Source: Chrysomallon squamiferum (Eukaryota > Animalia > Mollusca). From it: a DNA stretch of 64,000 bases. A program made the translations under genes and the position numbers. The stretch covers positions 5,952,001 to 6,016,000 of the forward strand of contig CM022677.1 of the NCBI GenBank assembly GCA_012295275.1, in the 5' to 3' direction. Within the stretch, counting starts at the first letter, position 1, and every line of letters starts with the position of its first letter. This document shows positions 1-11,920 of this stretch, piece after piece. The notes beneath the pieces are model-generated. The model worked only from the letters and a program-made list of their open reading frames with translations. It was not told where the DNA came from and did no database searches.

Positions 1-754
1 TTAATCTACCTGGTCCATATATCACAAGATAATTTGTAAATAATCCCCAGTACAGCAAATTACTAATTTTTTGGTTAAAAAGTCGAAGCTGGGCTTTTTG
101 AGACTCGCACGTTACAAACTGAAAAACCATTAGCAATGAATGTTGAAACGCGTAAAATTATGAAGGAGCAGTATTATTTCAACTTACAGAGACTGCTATG
201 AAAAATGCACTAACAGCACGTCCAGTCATAGCTTACAGGACGTTTAACTCTGAATAATACGTCTGTATAAAGTTATTTATCAGCCGGTAATGAAATGATC
301 CTTATAAAGCCAAGAATAAAATAAAAATAAAAACGACCCAGTACAACAACATATACCATTAAATAGTCAAAAGATCAAAGTACTCTGCTATGTACATAAT
401 AAACGTCAACTTTAATCATCGAGAAAAAAACATAATACTAATAATACTAAAAATCAATTCATGATCAACTGCTGTTTTAATTTTTAAATACATACATACA
501 TTCATAAGCACAGATGTTACATGCATATGAATATATATATAAATACACACACATACACACTACAGACATGAACACACACACACACACATATATATACACA
601 CATATACAAAGGCTGATAATTATAATTTGAAATAGTATTTATTTATCAGTATTGTAGGAGTTTACAACTGAAATAAATAACATAATTATTGCAATGTAGT
701 GACGTTAATATATTTTACATATCTACTGATTATCTGCGTTCTAATTTTTTTCAC

Positions 755-766
755 GGAAATCGAAAC
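755..766 (+). promoter_or_regulatory. ISRE/IRF-like site GGAAATCGAAAC upstream of A1
   Basis: Matches the GAAANNGAAAC consensus and is kept upstream of A2, A3 and A4. Confidence 0.45.
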
Positions 767-991
767 CAGGACGAAGCCATTGTAAATAATCAAAAGTAGA
801 CACAGGCTAACTCGACCTCCTATTTTTAACAAACAGAGGTAGCAGGGGTCACATATACCCCTCCCACTTGTTTTATTACGACTTTTAGCCTTGTTGTCGT
901 TTTGTCATGTTTATATTTTTATCTGCATAAAAAAACTGTGACTGTGAAGATTTGAGTTAACCCCACTTTTTCAAGCAAATGGTACGTTCCA

Positions 992-1001
992 GGGATTTCC
1001 C
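992..1001 (+). promoter_or_regulatory. NF-kB-like site GGGATTTCCC
   Basis: Exact GGGRNWYYCC match just before exon 1; also at 33164 and 38606 (GGGATTTCCG in A2). Confidence 0.4.
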
Positions 1002-1011
1002 TTATTTTGTG

Positions 1012-1076
1012 TAGTCGCCATATTGACAGTTTTTCATTAATTTGTAAGACAGAGAACACTCCTCTCCTTTATTTAG
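1012..1076 (+). promoter_or_regulatory. Putative non-coding first exon/promoter of A1 (start approximate)
   Basis: Conserved block gtcgccatattgacag..aacactcctctcc..ag|gtaagt (donor at 1077) with a YY1-like CGCCATATT. It recurs about 0.9-1.4 kb upstream of every A/B copy (4844-4903, 13636-13701, 17146-17206, 25933-25995, 33184-33246, 38625-38690; minus strand 52931-52990, 61171-61230). Confidence 0.6.
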
Positions 1077-1094
1077 GTAAGTAACGTATAATTA

Positions 1095-1145
<51 letters not shown>

Positions 1146-1323
1146 GTTAACACAAAATAAAACGTCAGTTTTCTCGTTTTCCTAGCGACGTTAGTAAGCG
1201 AGCGAGCGAGTTACGTGTTCGTAAAGCAAAGTCTGTGAAGGTTATTTTCAACGACACACTTAATTGTTCACTATTTTGTCCATGTATTACAAATAATAGT
1301 TTTAAAACCATGTGGCAGTGGCG

Positions 1324-1378
<55 letters not shown>

Positions 1379-1505
1379 CATAAAATATACGATTTATTCT
1401 TTCTCTGTCTTTCTTGCTCGGTAATTCTATGTACGTTAATAAATATTTTAAACGGAAAATAAAGACAATTCTCGGATAATCAGTTTTCTACATACCTTAC
1501 AAATG

Positions 1506-1558
<53 letters not shown>

Positions 1559-1652
1559 ATGAGTTATTTATTTATTCAGTAATTTTCGAAAGTAAAGATT
1601 TCTCTGACTTTTTTCTTAGTAATTCTATGTACGTAATTTTATGTAATAAATA

Positions 1653-1891
1653 CAGTGGTACCTCGAGATACGAGTGCTCCAACTTAGGAGTTTCCGAGAT
1701 ACGAGCAGTCGATCTATCGAGGTTTTGCTTTGAGTTGCGAGCCACGGTCCGAGTTACGAGCGAGCTTGAGATATGCTGCCGCTAGATGGCGCAACGAACA
1801 ACACGACACCCGCCCAACATTCCACGATTCACTCATTTTTTTCACTCTTACGTCATGGAACGAGTTAAACTCGTAAGTCAAGGTACCACTG
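1653..1891. mobile_element. Non-autonomous Tc1/mariner-pogo (Tigger-like) MITE in the A1 intron
   Basis: Terminal inverted repeats CAGTGGTACCTCGAGATACGAG / CTCGTAAGTCAAGGTACCACTG flanked by a TA target duplication; no coding capacity. Confidence 0.85.
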
Positions 1892-2470
1892 TATTTCAAA
1901 AGGAAAATAAAGACAATTTTCGGATAACCTGTTTTCTGAAATATTTCTTATAAAATCAGAAGAATGAGGTAATAGAGAGGGTTATCGTGATAAATCTACG
2001 CTTACTATTTTACAGAAATATTTCTTTATCTTTCATTATTTATTCATTTATTTTGAATACGGTATTTAGTTATTTCTGTTATGGATTTCCTTATGGATAC
2101 GTTGTTTTCAAAGACTTGCCAATTTACTGTAATTATATAACATACCTTTCCAACAAAAAAACATGTACATGTATACAAAAAAAGGATCTGAAGACCATTT
2201 TTTCTTTCTCTTCACTGCGAATAGAAAAAAAAAATACACCTCAGCATATAGATAGTTAGATAGTTAAATACACCCATAAATCCATAGATACATTCAGTGG
2301 TACATACATACATACATATATATACATACATACATACATATACATATATAGAGAGAGGTTGATAGAGAGACAGATAGGCAGATAGTCTGACACAAAGCTT
2401 TTACGGTTCGTTATCACGACTCTGCTGAGGAAAATGTTCTATTTTACATTATTTACCAGGAAACTGAACA

Positions 2471-2905
2471 ATGAGGGTCTACATCTGGTATCCGACAAAT
2501 AATCACCAAGGACATGCATCACTTGAGCTGTCTAGTGGTACATATATCAGCTTCTGGGATCGTGACGTCATGGAAAATAAAAACACAATAATACTAAACG
2601 CGTGTGGAGAATCGGGAAGTCTTAAATTTGACAGCAAAATGCTCGGACAAGATCCTCAATACATCATCGGCGTTGGCGATCTCTCACTGGATGAAGAAAA
2701 GATGGAAACATGGTGGAATCAATGGAAGGAAACGGGAACGTTCGGATTCTACTATTACAACAGTTTCTATACTGTTTACCAGGCTCTGCGACAAGGGGGA
2801 GCTGCCATTAGTATCAATCCTCTCTGGACAGCTGGAATCCTCTACCGATATCTACAGAGAGTCAAACAGGGAGGCTGGGGACTTCTGAATTCGTTTTTTG
2901 GTTGA
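2471..2905 (+). CDS. Subfamily A copy 1: 144-aa permuted papain-like (NlpC/P60-like) protein, predicted catalytic Cys replaced by Ser
   Basis: Intact ORF MRVYIWYP..GHASLEL..YISFWD..FGFYYYNSF..WTAGILYRY. ATG follows a splice acceptor (tttaccag, 2458-2459) by 11 nt. Conserved across paralogs; fold inferred from alignment with the NCC-bearing paralogs. Confidence 0.8.
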   Translation: MRVYIWYPTNNHQGHASLELSSGTYISFWDRDVMENKNTIILNACGESGSLKFDSKMLGQDPQYIIGVGDLSLDEEKMETWWNQWKETGTFGFYYYNSFYTVYQALRQGGAAISINPLWTAGILYRYLQRVKQGGWGLLNSFFG

Positions 2906-3180
2906 CTTTCATGATGTCATAGCGGTGTGACAACAACCCAAATAATTAACGGTTTGAAAAAAAAAAAAATAATAATCAACAGTCTACATAAATGTTACCA
3001 ATAACTTTGACAAAATGTACTATTTTGATTTCGAAATTTTTATTGTTTTTCTGGTTTTTTTCTGGCGGATTTTTCCTCCTGTCATTTTCTTTTGATATCT
3101 TACGAATTTATTGATTATGTTTTCTTTTTCTTTCGATCTATACTGACTGTCAGTAGGAAATAACAATTTGATATTCTATA

Positions 3181-3280
<100 letters not shown>

Positions 3281-3847
3281 TTCTTTTAATAATGTGAACA
3301 ATAAAAAAAAAAAAAATTGTTCTAAACAGAGATGAAGTCAGATTATATCAGTGTCATTAATCACATAACACCAGTATGTGTAATACCATTATCATATTCG
3401 AATGTATTTGACTTAATTTTCTTGTTTTTATAATTCTGTAATAATAATTAAAGTATATTTAGGAGTTGCCATATATATTATATACTATAGTGAAATATCT
3501 GTTGGTTTATGCCATTTCACATGAAATTAAATATAATTATCAGATTTCTGTTTGTTATTACTATCAGTTTGAATTTGTTTTGTATATATATATTTTTTTA
3601 TCTACGGATTGTGATCATATGAGTGTTGTACGTTCGAGTCTCGTCAACGCCACCTGGCGTGTGTGAGGTCGTGATTGTTGCATCCCCCCATATTATCAGT
3701 GTGAAGTTTAATCATAAGTATGCAACACACAAAATTTTCATACGTAAATATAAACGTACATACAGACAGACAGAGAGAGACCTACACACATATATTAAAA
3801 GGTACATAGGCTTGTACGTTTGTATATGGTAATGGCGAAGAATGATT

Positions 3848-3889
<42 letters not shown>

Positions 3890-4639
3890 TAATATTTTTT
3901 AAATATATTTTTATATATTTTTTCCAAATGAAGTTCACGTGACTAACAGTGATCATACTTTTCTTCAGACTGGTGACATGTATCACTAGAAATGACGTCA
4001 GTTTGAGATCATATTTCCACTGATAAACATGACATAAAGGTGAAAGGTCATCTCGAAAAATTTTCTGTTTACACGGTGTGTAAACGTATCTGTTAAACTA
4101 AGGAAATCGAAACAGAAATTACTCAAACCCCGAGATATTTCCTTATTCATATTTTGATTAAAATAAATAAATAAATAAATAAATAACTAAAATAGTTTCA
4201 AAACGATCGTTTCACTAGGGGTTGATTAAAAAAAAAAAGAACGTCTTCGGATAATTTTCTTTGCAAAAGTGTAACAGATTGTAAGGTACTTACATTTCAT
4301 ATTGTGTAACGAGATACAAGTAAAAATTCAGTTAGATCTTTCTTATTTTTTTTTTATATTATTAATCATACACCCTTCACACATATATATAAATAGATAG
4401 TTAGAAAGAGACAAACAGTCAGGTTTTTGTATCTTGTTACAGCTTTTTCTTTTTTTACATCAACTCAGTGTATGAAACAGTATATTTTGTCTTACTGTGT
4501 AGAAGCTTCGTGTTTTGTTCTACAGTTTTAACTATAAATTATACGGTTTTTATCACAGCAGGAATTTTACAGCAGTACAGGTGATGACGAATCCTTGTTT
4601 ATCCGATACTACTACAGGAAATCCAAGCTTGCACACCTT

Positions 4640-4735
4640 TTATATAGGTGTTGAGAAAAGGAACGATAGTAGAAGTACAACAAAAAACAACACTTTAATT
4701 CTCTGAACATAACGATACAAAGTGGCTGGCGACCA
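4640..4735 (-). pseudogene. 3' fragment of a C-type paralog (WSPATLYRYVQRIKVLFFVVLLLSFLFSTPI*)
   Basis: Manual minus-strand translation; followed by the C-type 3' UTR and fused at about 4736 to the B promoter. Confidence 0.75.
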
Positions 4736-5794
4736 TGTATATTTTTATCTGCATAAAGAAAACTCAGTGACTGTGACGATTTGCGTGAACCCCTTTTTTC
4801 AGATCTGTGGTAAGTCCCAGGGTTCTTTGATTACCTTTTGAGTAGTCGCCATATTGACAGTTTTTCGTTTAGCTGTACGATTGGGAACACTCCTCTCCTT
4901 TAGGTGAGTAACATATAATTATTATTATTACAGTTAACACAAAATAACTATGTCAGAGTTCGTCAGCGAGTGAGCCAGTAATTTTGTTGATAGAACAAAA
5001 ACTGTGACGTTTATACTCAGTGTTCTACTTTATTATTTTACTGATAGTTGTAAAACTAGCAAAACGTTTTGATATCAATTATTTATTCATTTATTACTAT
5101 TGTTGTTGTTGTTGTTCTTATTATTGCTGTTGTTGTTGTTGTTGTTGTTGTTATTATTATTATTATTATAGTTATTATTATTGTTGTTGTTGTTGTTGTT
5201 GTTGTTACTTTTATTTTAAATATATACGACTTATCTTCTCTCTGTCTTGCTGTCTATCTCCGTTTCGATTTCCTTGTGTAGGTTGGGAATATTTTCACAG
5301 CCGTATCATACTGTACTGGTATAACATAGCTCTCAAACAAAACGTTTTTCCTGAACCCTTTTGTCACATATATATTATTTTTTCCGCTAACTGTCTGCGA
5401 TTGTAAGTATGTATGTAACCAAGCATGTTCATACTTATGTATACATGTAAGTAATAATGCACGTGCTTGCGACTAGGTGTATCTATGTATGTATATATAT
5501 CCAGACATGGATTAATAGATACATAGCCAGGCAGATATTTTTATAGATAGCAAAATAGATAGACAGATGATTATATACGTGTATACAGATATATAGAGAG
5601 ATATATAATTACACACATACATACGTACAAATATACACATATTCAACCGTAAACCCATACATACCCACTTACATACATACGTACACATATAGATAAGTAG
5701 TTAGGCACATAGAAAGACAGACACAAAGGTTATATGGTTCTTTATTACGATTCTTATGAAGATAAATTTATTTTATTTATCAGGAAACAGAACA

Positions 5795-6230
5795 ATGAGG
5801 GTCTACATCTGGAATCCAACAAATATTCACCACGGACATGCATCACTTCAGCTGTCTAATGGTACATATATCAGCTTCTGGGATCGTGACATCATAAACA
5901 ATGAAAAATACGAGAATACTAAACAGGTGTGGAAAATCGGGAAGTCTTGAATTTGACAAAAAAATCCTGTTAGCCGATCCTGATGACGTCATCAGCGTTG
6001 ATGATCTCTCATTGGATGAAGGAATGATAGAAAGATGGTGGTTTCAGTGGAAACAAACAGCATTCTTCGGATTCTACAATTACAACAGTTTCTATACTGT
6101 TTACCAGGCTCTGCGAGCAGGGGGAGCTACCATTAGTTTGAATCCTCTCTGGACAGCTGGAATCCTCTACCGATATCTACAGAGAGTCAAACACGGAATC
6201 TGGGGACTGGTGACTTCTTTTTTTCATTGA
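5795..6230 (+). pseudogene. Subfamily B copy 1 (Ser-type); one extra A at about 5904-5908 (pseudogene or homopolymer error)
   Basis: ORFs 5756-5950 and 5901-6230 join into a 144-aa A-like protein if one A is removed from gaaaaat. Confidence 0.7.
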
Positions 6231-6351
6231 GTTGTTCCGTGCTCGCTTCACTTCCTGTTCTACAGTTTTAACTATAAATTATACGGTTTTTACCACAGCA
6301 GGAATTTTACAGCAGTACAGGTGATGACGAATCCTTGTTTATCCGATACTA

Positions 6352-6807
6352 CTACAGGAAATCCAAGCTTGCACACCTTTTATATAGGAGTTGAAAAAGG
6401 AATGATCCCAGAAGTGCAAAAACTCCATCTTTAAGTCTCTGGAGATAACGATACAAAATGGCTGGTGACCACACTGTGTTAAAACTAGGACTGGCGCCTC
6501 CAGCTCTTAAAGCGCTATAAACTACCCAGCAACAGTTCTTTCCAAACAAAGAATAGAAACCTCTCCTCCGAAAGTCAGTCCACCATTCTTCAATCTTGTA
6601 TTCTGTTAAGTTCAGGTCATCCAAGTCTATTATCCTGTCAGGATCTCTGCCTTCAGCTCTTATGTCATCTCGAAGAGATGCTTGTGCATAACCGTCACCT
6701 CCTCCTTTTCCTGGCCACCAGCTTATGTACGTTCCATTAGATAGCTCGAGAGTACCATGTCCAATTTTACTTTCTCCTGGCGATGGAAACCAAATATAAG
6801 CTCTCAT
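6352..6807 (-). CDS. Subfamily C copy 1 (Cys-type, GHGTL..YISWWP..YSLFGKNCC); C-terminus altered by a 1-nt homopolymer deletion
   Basis: True ATG at 6807 after a ttttcag acceptor. Run of 5 T here vs 6 in C2 near 6394 extends the ORF past the normal FSTPI* end. Confidence 0.75.
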   Translation of the reverse strand: MRAYIWFPSPGESKIGHGTLELSNGTYISWWPGKGGGDGYAQASLRDDIRAEGRDPDRIIDLDDLNLTEYKIEEWWTDFRRRGFYSLFGKNCCWVVYSALRAGGASPSFNTVWSPAILYRYLQRLKDGVFALLGSFLFQLLYKRCASLDFL

Positions 6808-7479
6808 TGTTTTATCTGAAAAATAAATCCCAGGAATGACAGAATTAAAAAAGTTCAAAATATATTTCGGATATTTTTATTAGTACATGTGTGTGTGAGT
6901 GTGTGTGTGTGTGTGTGTGTGAGTGTGTGTGTTATTGTTTATGTTGTTGTGTTTTGGGGTTGTTTGGTTTTTCCTCTCCTATTTGCTCTTTTGCGCTATA
7001 ATAAACAGTACCTAACATATTAACCTCGAATAACAATGCACATTTTTAATCACATGATTCATGCGCGATCGATGGCGTAATATATCGAGTTTATGGTTTT
7101 CACCCACTTCCAATGCTTGTCATATTTGAATATAATAGGAGTTGTCTAATTATTCGTTCAGTAATCTTCAGCTCCTTTTCAACTGTGAAAAAAAAAAAGC
7201 GTGCTGATCTCAATTCTGAAACTGATGATATAAATGGTACAAATATTTATTAAGATGCTTTGTGGATAACATGGACATAAGAAAAGAGCAGCACAGAACG
7301 CTGACCGCTGCTGCTGTCTAGAAAGAAAGGTGATATTGTGGAAATGCAATCTGCAGGTACATAAATGACTCGAGATACAGGATTTGCATCATTTTCACGT
7401 GCACTTTCCGCACACTGGAATCCACATCATGACCGCTGTCTACAGGATCCTTCTGACTGTTGCTTTTATTGCTTTGTGT

Positions 7480-7550
7480 AGTCGCCATATTGACAGTTTC
7501 TCAGTCACCTGTAAGTTTGGGAACACTCCTCTCCTCTTGTTTCAGTGTAT
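7480..7550 (+). promoter_or_regulatory. Further copy of the exon-1 block, possibly for the downstream D-type pseudogene
   Basis: gtagtcgccatattgacag..gggaacactcctctcc; donor degenerate; repeated at about 19781. Confidence 0.35.
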
Positions 7551-7849
7551 GTATCTCCTAAACATCAGTTTCTGTAGCAGGTGTACGGGAAAGAGTTATA
7601 TTGACTGCATTCTCATCTGAAATATTTTTTTTTTACAAAAGTGCAATCACGACCTCACAAATCTGTCAGCTGCCGCACGCCTGAAGAGATTAATGGTAGC
7701 AGTTCATTGCACGGGAGGTTATGGTCTGTTCTACTAAATACGGGTATGCGATGCAATTATAATCACGTTATAATTTCCTGACCTAACCATATCTCTCGAT
7801 CACAACTCACATGAAAATTATTCAAATGTATATGTTTATGCGAGTGAGT

Positions 7850-8041
7850 AATGTTAAACAAAAAAATAGCTATACTGAAGTGACCATCCTTCAGATGGCG
7901 GCAGGTGGAATGACAAGACCCACGAAGAAGGCCTACAGTAGACTGAATGAACGTACTGAGGGAGAAAAGAGAAGACTATTGGCAGGCCTATTGACCCCAA
8001 AGGAGTACGGAGATGCCATTTCTCATCTAGTAAGACTTTGA
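7850..8041 (+). mobile_element. Possible decayed DNA-transposon (MULE-like) C-terminal remnant
   Basis: Peptide KKAYSRLNERTEGEKRRLLAGLLTPKEYGDAISHLV recalls the C-termini of invertebrate MULE-type proteins; from memory only. Copy at about 20150-20342. Confidence 0.3.
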
Positions 8042-8998
8042 ACCGCGATCAGTGAAAGTTATGAATGACTCTATACTAATTTATATAATGTGAATGTTAA
8101 AATGGATTTTATAAATGTCGAATTACTGCTAGATGTAATAAAATGAACAAATGTTATGAATGTTATACGTACATTTATGACAATATTTTGGATATTTTCG
8201 GAATAATACTATAAACTGAACTACATTATCGATAACGAAACTCTTTTGAATTCACAATATTCCTCATTGTTTAATACTGACACTGTCATATTCTCATAGC
8301 AATTTAATTTTCATTTCTATTTCAGTTGTCAAGAAGGAATTTTAATTTTTTTGTTAATGAATCCTGAGAACAGTTTTTCATAGCTTCATCTTTCGAGTTA
8401 CTGTTTTATCGACAAGTTCACAACGTTAATAGAAACGTAAGAACAGTGGAGTAAAATACACCATACGAAACAAAAAACAAAACAAAAATATAATGTCTAC
8501 ACTACGATTTGTCTATTACATTTTGTAAATTTTTGTTGTAATATATTTTATTACTGATATAGAAAATAATATTCAAGTATATTTACAGACGAATGAATAT
8601 AAATGATTAACAGGCAAAATTGAAAAGGAACTGAAGATTACTGAACGAATAATTAGACAACTCCTATTATATTCAGATATGATAGGCATTTGAAGGAGTA
8701 AAAAATAGAACTTTCGTGCGTGAAACGTATTACTTCTCAACTAGCCTCCAAAACTACCAACATTCATCATTTGACCGCACATGAATCATGCGATTAAACG
8801 AGAGCAGTGTTATTCGAGGTTGACATGTTAGGTACTATTCATTATGCTGCAGAATAATAAATACCACCACAACTGAACAACAACAACAAACAAACAAACA
8901 TACACACACAGAGACACAAATAAAACAAAAAACTGCGAAATATATTTCGCACTTCTTTAATTCAGTTATTCTTGTGTTTTTATTTTTCAGATAAAATA

Positions 8999-9480
8999 AT
9001 GAAAGCTTTTATTTGGTTAGAATCGATTCTAAGCTGGATTGGACGTGCTTCTCTCGAACTATTTAGTGGTAGATATGCAAGCTGGTGGCCAGATGTTTCA
9101 GTCTCTGACAATGATGAGAAAACTGGGAAGAAATCGGGACAGAAACTAAGGAAAGAAGCTGGAAAACGAATGGGAAAGGAAACGGGAATGAAAGCAAGAA
9201 GTAAAACTGGAGAGAACAAACTTGTATAAGGTCGAGCACAATACTGTGTTGAAGATGACATAAAAGCGGAAGGCAGCGAACCTGTCTAAACATTGGACTT
9301 GGATGACCTGAACTTAGATGAAGAGAAGATTGAAGAATGTACTGGCTTGGCTGGCGGATGAGAGGTTTCTGTTCTTTGCTAGGAAGTTTATAAAGCTTTA
9401 ACAGCAAGCGGCGCCCCTAAGAAATCTAGCCTAATAATGGTGTCAGATAACTTTTATGATTATCTTGATACTTATGGGAA
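8999..9480 (+). pseudogene. Subfamily D pseudogene copy 1
   Basis: Aligns to 42246-42800 but has GH->GR, internal stops and a deletion of the NCCW segment. Confidence 0.8.
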
Positions 9481-9948
9481 AGTTCCTAACTCCATGCCTG
9501 TTTAATGTTGTGTGCAAACTTGAATTTCCTATAGTAATACGGATAAACATATTTTCGTCATCAGCTGTATTGGTGTAAAATTCCTGCTGTAATAAAAACC
9601 GTATATTTTGAAGTTGCAACAACAGAATAAAACACGAAACTTCAACACAGTAAGACAGAATTTACTGATTCATACTGAACTGATGCAGTGTTTATGAAAA
9701 AACTATAAAAAAAAGAAAGAAAAAAGGAAGAACACAACGAAATTGACTGTCTGTATTTATGTGTGTATATATCATTCTATCAGTCCATCTATCTATCTGT
9801 CTTTCTATTTATCTAATCTATTTACCTATCTATCTATCTGGATGTCTGTCTATTCTCGTATCCATTTGTCTCTCTCTGTCTATCTGTCCACCTATCTATC
9901 TATCTATCTATCTATCTATTTCTATCTATCTATCTATCTATCTGTCTG

Positions 9949-9979
<31 letters not shown>

Positions 9980-10529
9980 CTATCTATCTATCAATCTATT
10001 TCTCTATTTACCAGTCTACTTGTCTGTCTATCTGTCTATGTCCATTTTGGCGTTTGACTGTGAGACAGCCTACATGTCAGTCTACCTTTCAGTGTACCTA
10101 CTCAACTCTCTTGTGCGTTCGTGTGGACGGTGCATGTTTAATAGGAACAAATAAAAATAAGAAAGAACTAAATGAATTTCATTTGTTTCTCATTACATGA
10201 TTTGAAGTGAAATCTGTTAAACTTTGGTAAAGAAACATTTCCAAAGAATAAAGGAAATATCACCATCATCATTATCATGATTAATACTGTTATTGTTATT
10301 ATTATTATTATTATTATTACTGGTATTATAAACTTTCCTCAGAAATTTAATTAAGAAATGAAGTTTTTCACACTGATACTGTTTTTATATATTGTTTTAT
10401 TATTTAAATCCACGTTATTAAAGTACTCCCTAAATAGGCGTTAACAAAAGCAGATACTATATTTTGATTAAATCAGTATATTTAGTAGGGAAAAGGAAAT
10501 AAAAGAGAATAGTCTGTAAAGATTATTTG

Positions 10530-11920
10530 TTTCTTTTAAAAACATTTATTTTCTATGTGTTCAGTCCACCAGACAGTGTTAGTGCATTTTTTAGGTTTGG
10601 GTATACATTTAGTAGCAATTGAGTCTATCGTGTTGGTCAGTGATGTGCAGTAAGTATCAGTGTTGTTAGGGTTTTCTGTCGGCTTTGCATGCTTTGTAGA
10701 AACCTTCCAAGTTTGCTTTGGTGAAATTCCATTTGGGAATAAAAATGGAGTTGTCGAAAAGGCGTTTTTGCTGTTGTAATTGGTGAGCATGTGGTGATGG
10801 TCACTATTTAGCTCACTTAGCGCTGCGATGTCTTTGCTGGTTGGTGTTAAATCAGTAACGGACTGGACACCAATGATGTCACTGGTGTAAGTGAATGCGA
10901 TGTAGTTATGACAAACCAGTTGATTTCAGCTCGATGAAATTTTATAATTCAATTCCAGGACTGTCGTCTATTGTGCCAGCCCATGCTGTATTTATTACGA
11001 CAGTTGAAATCTCCAACTATAATTAGTTTACTGTTAGTTGTTATAATGTTGTTTACGTCGTAAGTTTGGATGTTATGTAGTGCTGGAGTTAGTCGGCTAT
11101 ATATATTAATGATGTCAATATTCTGGTTATTGTTGTGTACAGTGACGCTTAGTATTTCGATGTTGGTATATACTTTGCTTAGTGTGTGGTATGTTTTGTT
11201 TAATGAGTGTCATAATGCCTCCTCGGATACTATTGAATATGTTGACTTTGATAACAGGATGATATTGGCGATTGTGTTACTTATAATGTTTTGTCCTAAC
11301 CATGTTTCTTGTATGCATATTATGTCAGGTTTATATGGTGGCCAGGAAATCTTTAAGTTCATCTCCATGACCTGCTCAGAGGAGGCCTTTAGCATTCCAC
11401 TAAAGAACAGAGAGACCTGTGTTGTCGTGCTTATCATGTAGTATATCTATATTGTTGGTAATGTTTTAGTGTTTCGTATTCAATGTAATTTTGTGTGCGT
11501 GGAATTTCTTTTGTCGTTGTGCATTTGTTGGTAACTTGAAACTCTAACTATTTTCAGTGATCCAAATTTGGGTCGTTTGACATGTTTGTTTTGTTATTTC
11601 TTATGTTTTATAATTCGATTAGAATGCAGACGATGACTTTGTAAATTTCTGCTATTCTTTCCTCCTTATCTAAATTGTCTTTGGGTTGGGGTGTAATTGG
11701 GATTGTTGTCTGTTTGTAGGTGAGGTTTTTGTGGATATATAAAATTTTAATGTTTTTGGCTCCAGTTTCTGACATTTTTGGTTGACTGTTTCGATGATTT
11801 TATGTTCGCGTCTGCTGTCTTAGCATTTGTAGGATATTGTTTGTAGTGTGTTTCGTGTGATCATTTTGCCAGGTAACGTCAACAACCGGTGATCACCGCT
11901 GATGATTACCACCGCAATCA
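10530..11920 (-). mobile_element. Decayed non-LTR retrotransposon (LINE) fragment, APE endonuclease region
   Basis: Minus-strand motifs PDIICIQETWL, IDIINIY, IIVGDFNCR, NSDHH and WWT in the correct order, broken by stops and frameshifts; boundaries approximate. Confidence 0.8.

Noticed and set aside
2604-2888. Conserved overlapping ORF MENREV... in A copies
   Set aside because: Alternative frame starting at GTG; its conservation follows from the main CDS, and there is no independent evidence.
5020-5406. Cys/Tyr-rich ORF (also 17323, 52449, 60677)
   Set aside because: Translation of (TGT)/(TAT) microsatellites inside the B intron.
6808-6858. N-terminal extensions of the C and D ORFs in the ORF track
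   Set aside because: They start at TTG/GTG inside the intron upstream of a clear acceptor and are not conserved in frame (absent in C3).
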